From Macrostomum hystrix (Eukaryota; Animalia; Platyhelminthes), in assembly GCA_950097015.1 (NCBI GenBank), contig CATNEN010000039.1:1612001-1676000 (forward strand): a stretch of DNA of 64,000 bases, written 5' to 3'. The translations under genes and the position numbers were made by a program. The stretch's first letter is position 1, and each line of letters opens with the position of its first letter. The notes under the pieces are model-generated. The model searched no databases. It had not been told where the DNA came from and was given only the letters and a program-made list of their open reading frames with translations. Of the stretch, positions 1 to 13,552 are shown piece by piece.

Positions 1-958
1 CTGCGCCAGGCGAGCAGCGAGTACGCAGCACCTGCGGGAGAGGTGTGGATAATTCTGCATGCAAAAATTCTGTTGGGCAAAGACAACTTGCAAAAGCAAC
101 ATCAAGAACAAACTGCCAATATTTTAGGCCCGTGGAATAGCAGTGATTCACGAACAGCAGAAGAGCAAGGATTGCTCAATGGGGAGCCGACAAACATGCG
201 CTAAATTGATCCCTAAGTTATCCTCACTGATTGGTAGTGCTGATCCCTCTTATTTCTGCATACTAAATCACCACCCTGAGCTGGAAATCTGTCAGAACCC
301 CAGAGTTCTAGCAGCCGTGGGATTTCGCGCAGTCCCTGAGTGTTTTGGCTGCAGGGTTGGCAGGCTGTGTTGGAAGCTGTCAGCCTATCAATGAGCTTCA
401 AGTAACAAATCCCTTTGGATGGGATGCGGCATCAGCTGGAGCTGGCCATCTGCAGACAAAAGCATCAAATTGGTAGTGGCTACTGAAGTGTCTAAAGTTC
501 AAGTGACTGGGCAGCTATACCATAGCAACCCGGTGGAGGACAGGTGTGAACAGTGCAGTGGAGCCGCCCATTCTTGGGCCCACTTTCATCACGCGAGGTG
601 CACAATTTCGCGGCTGATTTCAGCCCTCAGGAAATGATTGTTTGCTTTTGGGTCCAGGCAAGAGAATGAGTGACTTGCCATGACTTGCCGGTGGGGAAAG
701 AGCAACACTAGACTCCACTGCTGCTGCTGCCGCTGCTGCTGGATGAAGCCCAGCACAGCTATAAAGCCTTTGTAGTGGCTGCATATTGTGTGTGCAGTGG
801 CGGATTCCCTCGGGTGCCAGGAGGTTGAGGGAGTCCAATAAACTGCGGCGGCCAGTGTTTTTGTGATGCAAATATTACGAAACAGGGCAGCTTTCCCTGC
901 TTAACCCACTCGACTCAGCAGAAACTCACGTCCTGCTGGCAACTGGGAAATAGAGCCC

Positions 959-3900
959 TCATCTGTGTGAGCGCCTGCATCTGTTCCGGCTGCCAGATTC
1001 CCCACCCAGACTGCTCGGCCTGCTCAAGCGGAGCTCCTGCTGCCAAATAGTCGGAGAGCCACAGACCTTGCTCAACAGAGCATTCGACTGGTGGAGCACA
1101 TAGTAGATGAGCATTTTCCTAAATGTTTTACTTAGACAAAACACGGACGGAATTCTAAAGCTGCGCCGAAATGTGCTCAAATTAGGATGGGGCTAGCCTT
1201 GGATTAGGATGGGGCTAGCCTTGGATTTGGATGGGGCTAACCTTGGATTTGGATGGGGCTAACCTTGGATTTGGATGGGGCTAACCTTGGATTTGGATGG
1301 GGCTAGCCTTGGATTTGGATGGGGCTAACCTTGGATTTGGATGGGGCTAACCTTGGATTTGGATGGGGCTAGCCTTGGATTAGGATGGGGCTAGCCTTGG
1401 ATTTGGATGGGGCTAACCTTGGATTTGGATGGGGCTAACCTTGGATTTGGATGGGGCTAGCCTTGGATTAGGATGGGGCTAGCCTTGGATTAGGATGGGG
1501 CTAGCCTGGGATTTGGATGGGGCTAGCCTTGGATTAGGATGGGGCTAGCCTTGGATTAGGATGGGGCTAGCCTTGGATTAGGATGGGGCTAGCCTTGGAT
1601 TAGGATGGGGCTAGCCTTGGATTAGGATGGGGCTAGCCATGGATTTGGATGGGGCTAGCCTTGGATTAGGATGGGGCTAGCCTTGGATTAGGATGGGGCT
1701 AGCCTTGGATTAGGATGGGGCTAGCCTTGGATTTGGATGGGGCTAGCCTTGGATTAGGATGGGGCTAGCCTTGGATTTGGATGGGGCTAACCTTGGATTT
1801 TGATGGGGCTAGCCTTGGATTTGGATTGGGCTAACCTTGGATTTTGATGGGGCTAACCTTGGATTTTGATGGGGCTAACCTTGGATTAGGATGGGGCTAG
1901 CCTTGGATTTTGATGGGGCTAACCTTGGATTTGGATGGGGCTAACCTTGGATTTTGATGGGGCTAGCCTTGGATTTGGATGGGGCTAGCCTTGGATTAGG
2001 ATGGGGCTAACCTTGGATTTTGATGGGGCTAGCCTTGGATTTGGATGGGGCTAGCCTTGGATTTGGATGGGGCTAGCCTTGGATTAGGATGGGGCTAACC
2101 TTGGATTTGGATGGGGCTAGCCTTGGATTTGGATGGGGCTAGCCTTGGATTTGGATGGGGCTAGCCTTGGATTAGGATGGGGCTAACCTTGGATTTGGAT
2201 GGGGCTAGCCTTGGATTTTGATGGGGCTAGCCTTGGATTAGGATGGGGCTAACCTTGGATTTTGATGGGGCTAGCCTTGGATTTGGATGGGGCTAGCCTT
2301 GGATTTGGATGGGGCTAGCCTTGGATTAGGATGGGGCTAACCTTGGATTTGGATGGGGCTAGCCTTGGATTTGGATGGGGCTAGCCTTGGATTAGGATGG
2401 GGCTAGCCTTGGATTTGGATGGGGCTAACCTTGGATTTTGATGGGGCTAACCTTGGATTAGGATGGGGCTAACCTTGGATTTGGATGGGGCTAGCCTTGG
2501 ATTAGGATGGGGCTAACCTGGGATTTGGATGGGGCTAGCCTTGGATTAGGATGGGGCTAGCCTTGGATTTGGATGGGGCTAACCTTGGATTTTGATGGGG
2601 CTAACCTTGGATTAGGATGGGGCTAACCTTGGATTTGGATGGGGCTAGCCTTGGATTAGGATGGGGCTAACCTGGGATTTGGATGGGGCTAGCCTTGGAT
2701 TTGGATGGGGCTAACCTTGGATTTGGATGGGGCTAGCCTTGGATTTGGATGGGGCTAGCCTTGGATTTGGATGGGGCTAGCCTTGGATTTAGAGCGCCTT
2801 AACCTCAGACTGAGTGTATGAGAACGTGAGCTCACAGGTAGCGGGTCAAGTTGACAGACTGGGCCATCGTCAACCCCGCCGCTGACTTGAATGCCGCAGC
2901 CCTTGTCTGAATCCTCGAAGTGAGCCCGCTGCAAGTTGAGGCCGTCGGATCCCGGGCAGATTATGGTGGCCGTGGCGCCTGGACAGACCAGGTGACGGCG
3001 GGGCACCAGGTGCAACTGCGCGAACTTTTCTGTAAATGCAGAAATCGAACTCAACTCGCTGATTTCTGTTCAAACAGCAAAAGGGTTGTTGCCATAGTCT
3101 CATTGCTTTTCCAAACTTTTAAGTCCCTCACCACCACCTGTTCTAGATTGGCACTCACGCTTGGGAATTTGGGTACGATTGTCGCCACGCTGAATGAAAA
3201 ACTCAGTGGGGAGTGATTACTGGCAGCCCTGGCTGTCACATTTCCCTTCCCACTTGTCCATCACGGGTCGACAGCTGCATCAGCATCGACCTTATCACCT
3301 CGATCCGCTTATTTAGCAGGACTGATCTGCCACAAGAAAACTGGCTGCATTTCAGTAAGCAGAAAGGCACATGTTTCTTCCACACTGTGTAATGCCATTT
3401 CTGTTTTGAGAGCTTTCAGTTTCATGAGCTTTTCCTCATTTCAGGTCCAACTTTCCTTCCTTCCAACCCTCTTTCCCTCCTACCCTCTTTCCCTCCTACC
3501 CTCTTTCCCTCCTACCCTCTTTCCCTCCTACCCTCTTTCCCTCCTACCCTCTTTCCCTCCTACCCTCTTTCCCTCCTACTCTCTTTCCCTCCTACTCTCT
3601 TTCCCTCCTACCCTCTTTCCCTCCTACCCTCTTTCCCTCCTACCCTCTTTCCCTCCTACTCTCTTTCCCTCCTACCCTCTTTCCCTCCTACTCTCTTTCC
3701 CTCCTACCCTCTTTCCCTCCTACCCTCTTTCCCTCCTACTCTCTTTCCCTCCTACCCTCTTTCCCTCCTACCCTCTTTCCCTCCTACTCTCTTTCCCTCC
3801 TACCCTCTTTCCCTCCTACCCTCTTTCCCTCCTACTCTCTTTCCCTCCTACTCTCTTTCCCTCCTACCCTCTTTCCCTCCTACTCTCTTTCCCTCCTACC

Positions 3901-6900
3901 CTCTTTCCCTCCTACTCTCTTTCCCTCCTACTCTCTTTCCCTCCTACCCTCTTTCCCTCCTACTCTCTTTCCCTCCTACCCTCTTTCCCTCCTACCCTCT
4001 TTCCCTCCTACTCTCTTTCCCTCCTACTCTCTTTCCCTCCTACCCTCTTTCCCTCCTACTCTCTTTCCCTCCTACCCTCTTTCCCTCCTACCCTCTTTCC
4101 CTCCTACTCTCTTTCCCTCCTACCCTCTTTCCCTCCTACCCTCTTTCCCTCCTACTCTCTTTCCCTCCTACTCTCTTTCCCTCCTACCCTCTTTCCCTCC
4201 TACCCTCTTTCCCTCCTACCCTCTTTCCCTCCTACTCTTTTTCCCTCCTACTCTCTTTCCCTCCTACCCTCTTTCCCTCCTACCCTCTTTCCCTCCTACT
4301 CTCTTTCCCTCCTACTCTCTTTCCCTCCTACCCTCTTTCCCTCCTACCCTCTTTCCCTCCTACTCTCTTTCCCTCCTACCCTCTTTCCCTCCTACTCTTT
4401 TTCCCTCCTACTCTTTTTCCCTCCTACTCTCTTTCCCTCCTACCCTCTTTCCCTCCTACTCTCTTTCCCTCCTACCCTCTTTCCCTCCTACCCTCTTTCC
4501 CTCCTACTCTCTTTCCCTCCTACCCTCTTTCCCTCCTACCCTCTTTCCCTCCTACTCTCTTTCCCTCCTACTCTCTTTCCCTCCTACCCTCTTTCCCTCC
4601 TACCCTCTTTCCCTCCTACCCTCTTTCCCTCCTACTCTCTTTCCCTCCTACCCTCTTTCCCTCCTACCCTCTTTCCCTCCTACCCTCTTTCCCTCCTACT
4701 CTCTTTCCCTCCTACTCTCTTTCCCTCCTACCCTCTTTCCCTCCTACCCTCTTTCCCTCCTACTCTCTTTCCCTCCTACCCTCTTTCCCTCCTACTCTCT
4801 TTCCCTCCTACCCTCTTTCCCTCCTACCCTCTTTCCCTCCTACCCTCTTTCCCTCCTACTCTCTTTCCCTCCTACTCTCTTTCCCTCCTACCCTCTTTCC
4901 CTCCTACCCTCTTTCCCTCCTACCCTCTTTCCCTCCTACTCTCTTTCCCTCCTACTCTTTTTCCCTCCTACTCTCTTTCCCTCCTACCCTCTTTCCCTCC
5001 TACTCTCTTTCCCTCCTACCCTCTTTCCCTCCTACTCTTTTTCCCTCCTACTCTTTTTCCCTCCTACTCTCTTTCCCTCCTACCCTCTTTCCCTCCTACC
5101 CTCTTTCCCTCCTACCCTCTTTCCCTCCTACTCTCTTTCCCTCCTACTCTCTTTCCCTCCTACTCTCTTTCCCTCCTACCCTCTTTCCCTCCTACCCTCT
5201 TTCCCTCCTACCCTCTTTCCCTCCTACCCTCTTTCCCTCCTACTCTCTTTCCCTCCTACCCTCTCCTCTTATTATTCATTTCACTTCCCTAGGAAGCACT
5301 CTTGCGACTTTATCAGCTTTCAATTTTTGTTTTCTTGTCACTTTAACTTTATTTTTCAAACGGCTTGCAGGACTCTGCGGTCATTCAGGGCGGGGCCTAG
5401 TCCAATTTCACGATAGTGACAGCAATTAGGGCGGCTCACAGTAGAGAGAGGGGCTGCGCATAATTCAATAACGCAGCGAATTCTCTCCCACTTTGCCGGA
5501 TTGGGAGGCCCAACGGGAGAGCCTGCAATGCAAGCTGAATGTCGCCAGGGTAAAAATTGCCTATCAATTCGCAGCGGCCAAATTTTAAGGCGGCCTTCAT
5601 ATCCGACTTGGTTTCCAACGAAAAACTGGCCCAGTGAAACGGGAGAGAGCGGTGGGAAGATCCTGCGTTATGGCTCGGCCAGCTCCTCCGATTCATTGGC
5701 TCTCTTATTTTTCAGCCCTCAGGCCCGTATCAGCCCCCGGGGTCAGTGGCTCAGTATTGGTCTGCGGGAGCTACCAGCTCCTCGGCCTGGGTATGGGAGC
5801 AGTGCTGATTAAAATCGATCCCGTATCGAAGCGCCGCACGCCTCGGGGACCGATACGGACGGGCTGAGGGACTGGGAGAGAAAGAGGGCGGATGAGGCAC
5901 AGGAAATATCATAAGAGTCTTTCTTTTACCCTTTCTTCGGCCAACTGTGCTCTTTTTGATTTACAGAAACCAATTTTGCGACCTAATCAATTCTTTATAG
6001 CCCCGGAGCTGTTTTGCTGTTCTCAAATGCGATCTGTGCTCGATGCAAACGTTGCATGAGATGCTCGATTTGTACTTCGGTTAAGGACCAAATAGTGATG
6101 AATGAGGCCAGTAGGCATGGTAATCAGAGTTTGCTTTGCCTCTTCACGGCTATGTTTCTTCAAATTATTTATTTCCACGTCAATGAAAAAGATGTTGTCA
6201 CCCAATTTAGCGAGCGATGACTCAACACACCCTCTGAGAGTAAAGTCCCTAAATAGCTGCCCGAACTAACGAACCTGTCTGGGGTATTCTGGTGATCGGG
6301 CATCAAAGTGCCAATCATAATTATCTTGCTGGCTCATCACCTGGCTCATGCGGTCATCACCCTTGTCCCCTGCCGCTTTGTCAAGCTGTCAAGCCATGCA
6401 CAAAATCAGGGACTTCCGAGCAGCTTCCTGAGCCTTCCTCTGCGGTTCCGATTCGACCAACGACCAGAGGGCGAATGCGAGGGTTGGCAAGGCAGGAATT
6501 GCTGCAATAGCTAGGATTACTCTCTAAAAATATTCTCTCCCTAATTCACAGAAATCTATCATATATAATCAATACAGAAATTCTGTGCTCTAATCTAGTA
6601 TCCGTCTTCCTCATCAGGTCGCCAGCACAAAACCAAAATGATAAAAAAAAATGTTGCAAGGTACTCAATTAGTTCAGGGCGGAATGCTTCAAGAAGGTCA
6701 ACTAACTTTTAGTGTGTTTAAACTAGAACCTTTCATTTAATCATAAAATTAATAAAATATACTATTTCTAAGTTCGAAAAAAATTGTTATCACCCAAACA
6801 TAATGACATTTTGCTACATTTAAGATTAAGTTATGCGGCTTCAATTACTCTTTTATTCAATAAAATGAAGAGTCCATTTTTTCTGGATTCGTGAAACGAG

Positions 6901-7930
6901 AATGAAAATAGCTGATTGGCAGCACCTTCAGAGCCGTCACGGACATCCCGCCCCAGTTCCAGCTGGCGACAGAGTCCCTTGTAACCCGCTGTTTTCTCTA
7001 TAAACAAGGCCGCTGACTCGTAAGTCCCCGTGTCAGGCTTTGAATTGCCTTCGGATTTCCTTATTCTCCTGCTGTGCGCATAGAACTAAGGACTGGTTCA
7101 CTATTCTTCACAAATTCATCTGACAGCTGATGTCAACGCCGTTGGAAAATTTGAGAGAGAAACTAATGAACGAATTAGAAAGGATGAATAGAGGGCCTGA
7201 GAAGGCTTGGCTGCATCAGCTGTGTTTCCCGAGTCTGGATACCTATGGCATTTTCCTCCGGTTTCTTCATCGCGTAGAGAAGTACCATCGCGGACTGGTC
7301 TGGCATTCACGCAAACCCCAGATTGATCCTGAGCAGAAATATTGCCGCTTCCTGTCTATTTCTGGCGGCACAAGAAAAGGCACTATGCGGCGGAGGAGGC
7401 TCGCAGAGGGCAGGGCTTCGAGCCCAGACTGTCACGCACCCGATAGCTCAGCAGGGAACAAGAAAGAGAAGGAAACACATCCCTTGCTGAATGGAATCCT
7501 AAATTCGCAAATCCTATCGATGAACAACACGTGACTTGGCGAATCATTTCGAACGATTCACCTTGCACCTTGTGTCTATTGCTAATTTTACTGCGCAGCA
7601 ACGAAGCAACGCTGGGGTACATTGCCTCTTAGTTTAGCAACTAGTTTGGCTAGAATCCGAATTCGCTAATTGATATTCTAAGAGCACCTCGCAGTGCAGC
7701 ACTTTATTATCGAATGATAGTCCATAGCAAAAATCATTCTCAATACAAACCAAGCAAAAATGCTAAAAATTGCTAAAGAATTTGAATTCCCAGCGCATGG
7801 CTGACCGACCTTGCATATCCAGACGGCTGTCTCGATCGATGTCTATCTGCACTGGTCGGACGTAACTCGTACAGGAAGAGCCGAAGGCGGACCAGAAGAC
7901 GAAGACAATAGCGAAGAAATGCGATCCCAT
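959..7930 (-). CDS. Putative multi-exon secreted protein with a SUEL/rhamnose-binding-lectin-like Cys segment (3' structure unresolved)
   Basis: TATA-like TATTTATAAA at ~7986-7995 on the minus strand. Exon 7930-7810 encodes a signal peptide (MGSHFFAIVFVFWSAFGSSC). A phase-compatible GT-AG chain follows: 7351-7243, 7068-6926, ~5872-5774, ~5660-5440, ~3190-3160, ~3030-2836, ~1097 onward. The chain gives LVCPGATATIICPGSDGLNLQRAHF..C..VCQLDPLP|SNALLSKVCG, which resembles SUEL lectin Cys spacing. A further acceptor near position 32 suggests the gene may continue beyond the window. Confidence 0.35.
1182..2790. repeat. Minisatellite, 22-bp unit GGATT(T/A)GGATGGGGCTA(G/A)CCTT, ~73 copies
   Basis: Direct tandem repetition with few variant positions; lies between putative minus-strand exons. 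Confidence 0.97.
3467..5262. repeat. Polypyrimidine minisatellite, 16-bp unit C(C/T)CTCTTTCCCTCCTA, ~112 copies
   Basis: Direct tandem repetition; source of the spurious 628-aa ORF. Confidence 0.97.
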
Positions 7931-10394
7931 TGTCCAGTTTCAAATTTTCCAACTAGCCAGGTGTTTTGCTGAACGCCTTTATGCCTTTATAAATAGCAGT
8001 CCGTTTACTGTCATAGTGCCAGAAAAGTTTAATAGTTAAACTTTCACCCAGCGGGACACTGAGAATCATGCCAAAATTTTCCTCGAGGCAAATGATTGAG
8101 AAAGCCTCAAATCAATGGCGTGGCTGATTTTTATCATTGCAGTATCGAAAGGCTGTTATTGATTATCTGTGCGTGTGATTCCTTCCTCCAACAATGTATT
8201 ATGTGTTTTGTCTTGGTCGCTGGCTTAGTTTTTATTTTTTAGCTTTGCCTTCTCGCAGGCTAGCAGCAGCAGCAGCGTTTCAGTAGTTCTACTAGGAGCA
8301 ATTGAACAAGAATACGATTGCTAGGAATGGCAAGCGTTGTAGTTGGTGCAATGTTGAAGGATTTTTCAAGTGAAGCGAGCCTGGTCAAATATTGCAGGGG
8401 CCGATTGGCTGAGGTGGACTTCTGGCGTAGGTCCTGCCCTGGTCTGACTTTCGCATGTGGCTTAAAGAGCTAGTAGCTCATGACTGGGCTGGGCGAATGA
8501 AATGGGAGAGCAGCGCACCCACCCCTTCAGCGCAATCCCACCACCGCCACCAATCCCAAGAACTCCCTAATGCCCAGGCAAGCCCCACCCACGATTGCTT
8601 CTGGCTGGTTTCTTTAGTCGCTTTTATTCGCTGCCAGTTGGGGCTGCAATGGACTGATTGACAAGGCTCGCAAAACTCTTGTCAAGCGCACCTTATTTAC
8701 ACTTAAATAAGAAATGACTTTCTGACGGCTGCCTGGAGTAATCTCCAATTTAATGGATTTAAATTGATTTACTGCAGCATGATGCCCGCTTGTGCACGGG
8801 CTTGTTCTATTGCATGTAGACAGGTTAATTTATTCGGGAACCCCTAGCTTAATTCATTCCAGAAGCTTAAAGTTACAAAACATTTCATCATACAATCTGG
8901 CAAAGTACTTGGGTTACGCAAATGATGCAGGCAAAAAATTGAAGAAAAGAAGTATTTTTCGAAAATTTCGATGTTACGCGTAAAGGCATTTTGTGACAGT
9001 CGAAGCCTTTCTCATCGTTCATTATTTCTGAGCTGGTTCACAACTCACAACGGCTGCACGACTGCCGGTTCTCTGAACAGTCCAGCCTCATTGCAAGAGA
9101 CCAGAGTCACTGCCCCCAAGAGCTAAATCCTTTTTATCCTACTTTCAGTAGTAATAAGAAATCCGATCTACGCTCGTACAAGTACATATAGCATGACCAA
9201 TTGAATTGTCTATGGCTTACTTTCTCGTGTGAATTCAAACGCTTGGCCATAGAATTTTGTGGGCCATTCCGTTTTGCATGTCCACTGTTCCACATAGCGC
9301 GACAAATGCAACTACTTTCAAGTACGCAAGTAGAATAATTCAATCTTTAAGAGAAATAAAAAAACCGTCTCTTTATTCATCTTTTATTTTATTTTCCTGC
9401 CCAGAAAGCGCGAGTTGAAAAACACCACACGATGTAGCGTAAGAATATCCGTGTTGTCTGTTTCTTAAATATAGCTATATTTTAGCTGGATTGGCTTGTC
9501 CAGCTTGGCAAAGAACGGGCTCTGTTCTTGCTACTGTTGAGTTTGGCTATAGGTATACCCGTATGTTCTGCAAAGCCCACAGACCCACTGCAATAGATTA
9601 TTTAAACAAACCCTTCGGTATGCCCAATCTGCACATAACGGAATGAAATGAAAAGTGTTTTCCAGAGTCTATAAAAGCAGGCGCCTTTTGGCGGAGCTCT
9701 CCCTGTCTGAGTCTGCTCGGCCTACTCGCGTAGAGCAAAGTGCATTTGGCTTAGAGATACAAGTGTAGATTCAGCCCAGCAACCATGAAGCTGCCACTGC
9801 CAAATCTCTTGCATTTTAGCCACCCAGCACCGTTAAAACGAGCGCTATGAGTCATCTGACGGTCGTGAGCTCGAACGCCAGGCCGATGCGGCTCCGGAGA
9901 ATGTTCAGGCGTTTCAGCTACCAAATGGATGCGACAGGGCACAACATGGCTGACTCCGAAAACTCGGCTAAGATAAAAGCAACTATGAAAACCAGACTCC
10001 CGGTGCGATCAGATAAATGAACCTGAGAGATTAGTGCGTGACAGAACTGATGTTGTTGATATTCCATGAAGCCATTAGATCCCGGGTCGTGTTTCTAGAC
10101 TTGTGTGATAGCTTTTTGGTCTTTTTGCAATTGTTTTGTCAATAACGCACATAAAATAGTTGGCATATTAAAACTCGTGGTGCACTCTTCTTCAAGTCTT
10201 CTGCAAAACCGATTTTACTCGTAAGAATAACAACAAATAATGAAGTTTGTAAATTCGTAACCAGAATTTATTTGACTGAATGCTTTGGCGGAATGTTTTA
10301 AGCCCAGCTAATTTTCTTTGCATGGTACTGTCAGTAACCAGTACAAGATCAAACTTTGTAGCGGGTATCAGAGATGCTCACAATGGTATCCAGC

Positions 10395-11032
10395 AATATC
10401 CAGCACGTTCGCACGGCACCGTACCAACCAGCATCGAACGGCCAAGCAGAGCGCGTCGTCCAGACGCTCAAGAGGTCGCTCGCCAAGCAGCGAGGAGGCT
10501 CGCTGGAGGAGCGCGTGTCCCGGTTCCTCCTGACGTACCGGACAACTCCGCATGCCACGAAGGGTGTCGCACCCTGCGAGCTGCTAATGGGGTGGTCGAC
10601 AGAGTTCGGCCGGACCTGTAGTTAAAGGTCGGGTGCCAGCAGGCGATGCTGAAGGAACGATTTGACGAGAGCGCCCAGCACCGCCCGATCACTGCTGGGG
10701 ACTCTGTGCTGGCAAGAGATTTCTCCGACGAGGGATGATGGAAGCCGGCAAGCGTGACCAGCGGTTTCGGTCCAGCCAACTTCGACTGGGAGTTCGGCGA
10801 CGGCCGGACAGCTCATCGGCATGCGGACCAAGTGCGGAAACCGGCAGCAGCAGTCTCGTTCGATGTCGAAGCTCCGATGCGCGCACCACATGAGCCGGCT
10901 GATGAACGCGCGGCTACTGACCCGGCTGCCGGTGCTAGAGAAGCTGCCGCTGTTGAAGCAACGGCGCCTCCCGAAACGCCGAGACGATCGTCGAGACTGA
11001 GGACGGCCCCTGATCGGCTAACCTATGACTAG
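10395..11032 (+). mobile_element. Ty3/Gypsy LTR retrotransposon integrase C-terminal remnant (K02A2.6/Mag-like), decayed
   Basis: HVRTAPYQPASNGQAERVVQTLKR...FLLTYRTTPHATKGVAPCELLMG is the integrase core end. It is followed by GDSVLARDF*, RHADQVR and the typical RRSSRLRTAPDRL terminus. A frameshift and an internal stop are present. Confidence 0.88.
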
Positions 11033-11079
11033 TGCCTGGGAATGTCTATGTAACACCTTCGTAGTCCTACATTGGACTT

Positions 11080-11231
11080 TAGTGCGAAGGGATGCGATGA
11101 CGTGTACGTTAACGTAGCTAACGTACAGTTATCGCAACTCCTTACAATTCGAGTTAGTGTATCAACACGAATAATATTGCTCTCATCCCTGCACGCTGTA
11201 TTCATTAACTTGTTATCACCACGAGCGTTCA
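11080..11231 (+). mobile_element. Probable PPT and 3' LTR remnant of the Gypsy element
   Basis: Purine-rich tract (agtgcgaagggatgcga) followed by TG at ~11098, just after the pol stop. The right boundary is approximate. Confidence 0.4.
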
Positions 11232-11825
11232 ATGTACTCGTACAATGTAATGCTCCGAGAGCCGCAGAGCTATTTTAATTGTCGTTCACAGTCTACAACA
11301 ACCAACATATTTTTTCTGTCAAACGTCTGAAAAAAATAATATTGAGCAGTATAATTCTGCGCTTCACTTCATCATGCCGACAGAAAACTGAGTCAAACTG
11401 ACATTCAAAGCCGTACATTGTCAAAGCTAAGAGCTTTTTTAAGAATCTATCGAGTCTAAGCTAGCTTGCATTCCTAGAAGTTCTGCTCTTAACGCCTCAA
11501 GAAATAATGGCTTCCTGAAGATTTTATCATTCAATATTTCTCTTCATGGCGCATTATCCCATAGCAATGTCCCGGTTCAACTGCAAACCCGCATCTACAT
11601 TCTGTATATTTTAGTCATGACAAAATGAAATAAATGGCCAAAGATAGATCACTATATAAGGTCAGATGCTATTTCCATCCAATGAGGAGTTACATTGAGT
11701 GTTTCTCCTCATAATTGCAATGAAAATGACTATCTACCAATTACCAATAATATACCATTAATACAGCAGTTATATAGTTTTTTGAACGTTCCACACACTG
11801 GAAGTTTTATATTAATTTAAGTTTC

Positions 11826-12682
11826 GACGTACAGTAAGCAATTGACGTACAGTAAGCAATTGACGTACAGTAAGCAATTGACGTACAGTAAGCAATTGAC
11901 GTACAGTAAGCAATTGAAGTAGAGTAAGCAATTGACGTACAGTAAGCAATTGACGTACAGTAAGCAATTGAAGTAGAGTAAGCAATTGACGTACAGTAAG
12001 CAATTGAAGTAGAGTAAGCAATTGACGTACAGTAAGCAATTGACGTACAGTAAGCAATTGACGTACAATAAGCAATTGAAGTAGAGTAAGCAATTGACGT
12101 ACAGTAAGCAATTGACGTACAGTAAGCAATTGAAGTAGAGTAAGCAATTGACGTACAGTAAGCAATTGAAGTAGAGTAAGCAATTGACGTACAGTAAGCT
12201 ATTGACGTACAGTAAGCAATTGACGTACAGTAAGCAATTGAAGTAGAGTAAGCAATTGACGTACAGTAAGCTATTGACGTACAGTAAGCAATTGACGTAC
12301 AGTAAGCTATTGACGTACAGTAAGCAATTGACGTACAGTAAGCAATTGAAGTAGAGTAAGCAATTGACGTACAGTAAGCAATTGACGTACAGTAAGCAAT
12401 TGACATACAGTAAGCAATTGACGTACAGTAAGCAATTGACGTACAGTAAGCAATTGACGTACAGTAAGCAATTGACGTACAGTAAGCAATTGACGTACAG
12501 TAAGCAATTGACGTACAGTAAGCAATTGACGTACAGTAAGCAATTGACGTACAGTAAGCAATTGACGTACAGTAAGCAATTGACGTACAGTAAGCAATTG
12601 ACGTACAGTAAGCAATTGACGTACAGTAAGCAATTGACGTACAGTAAGCAATTGAAGTAGAGTAAGCAATTGACGTACAGTT
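11826..12682. repeat. Minisatellite, 18-bp unit GACGTACAGTAAGCAATT (variant GAAGTAGAGTAAGCAATT), ~47 copies
   Basis: Direct tandem repetition. Confidence 0.97.
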
Positions 12683-12970
12683 AGCAAGTCACGTAGAGTA
12701 GCAACAATCACTGGAAATTTCACATCAAAAACTTCCCTACATAGCGTTGTGAATGTAGATGATTTTAATGCCTGTCTCCTGTCACCGGGCTGCAGAATAA
12801 GCCCGCTATATTTTATCACACGGATGAAATTTTATACAGATGGCTAAAAACTGACCAATCGCAGTGAAGTCAACTTGTCGCGGCCGAGAAGATTATAATG
12901 TTTTGTTCCTGTTCGTGTATCCATTTTGATCCGCAGGTTTTATTAGACTGGGACTATTTGGTAGCTGAAA

Positions 12971-13552
12971 ATGAAGTTTGCGTTCGCTCTCGCCCTGATG
13001 GTTATTGGCCCGCAGCAGATGACAACCGTCTGCATGCCAATTAGTAGTGCGGCTGCACCTGATGGGAATCGGGTAAGTTGTTCCTCATAAATTTAAGGTA
13101 TATACACACCATACACTAGCTCAGCTGATGCCATATAATAACTGAGCAGATGGTGTCATACACTAGCTGAGCAGATGATACTGCCATAAAATAACCATGG
13201 ACATTGTGCAAAGTCTAAGTAGGGATAAAGATACAATGTCACTAAAATAATGCTCATCTTTGGAAATTTACAGACTTCCAATGTCACCCCACGCGCTGAA
13301 GCTGGCGGAGGAAAACCAGTTGCGAGCTCAAGGCGCGACAGTGGCAGCAGACTTTTTGACGCGGATGGTCAACTTGTGCGTCATGAAGTGGATGAAAATG
13401 ACGAGGTGAGGGCGTCTATCGGAAAGCAACCATTTTCTTGTGACTGCAAAAATGATTTTGTTAACAATAACAATACCTCAGAAATTCGCAAGACACTCAT
13501 CGGACGAGATGATAAAGCTGCGCCAGCCGCAACATCAGCAACGCGTCGATAG
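12971..13552 (+). CDS. Small secreted orphan protein (~126 aa), 2 exons: 12971-13072, 13274-13552
   Basis: Signal-peptide-like MKFAFALALMVIG. Strong donor GG|GTAAGT and acceptor tttacag| give an in-frame phase-0 join into the 13250-13552 ORF. Confidence 0.55.

Noticed and set aside
1182-2790. Telomere-like repeat (TTAGG within the unit)
   Set aside because: TTAGG occurs only in some 22-bp units and is not a tandem telomeric repeat.
7130-7534. 134-aa plus-strand ORF as a gene
   Set aside because: No recognisable motif, and it overlaps a phase-consistent minus-strand exon (7351-7243).
9670-10020. TATAAAAG followed by short ORFs
   Set aside because: The ORFs are under 60 aa with no motif or splice support; a gene cannot be supported.
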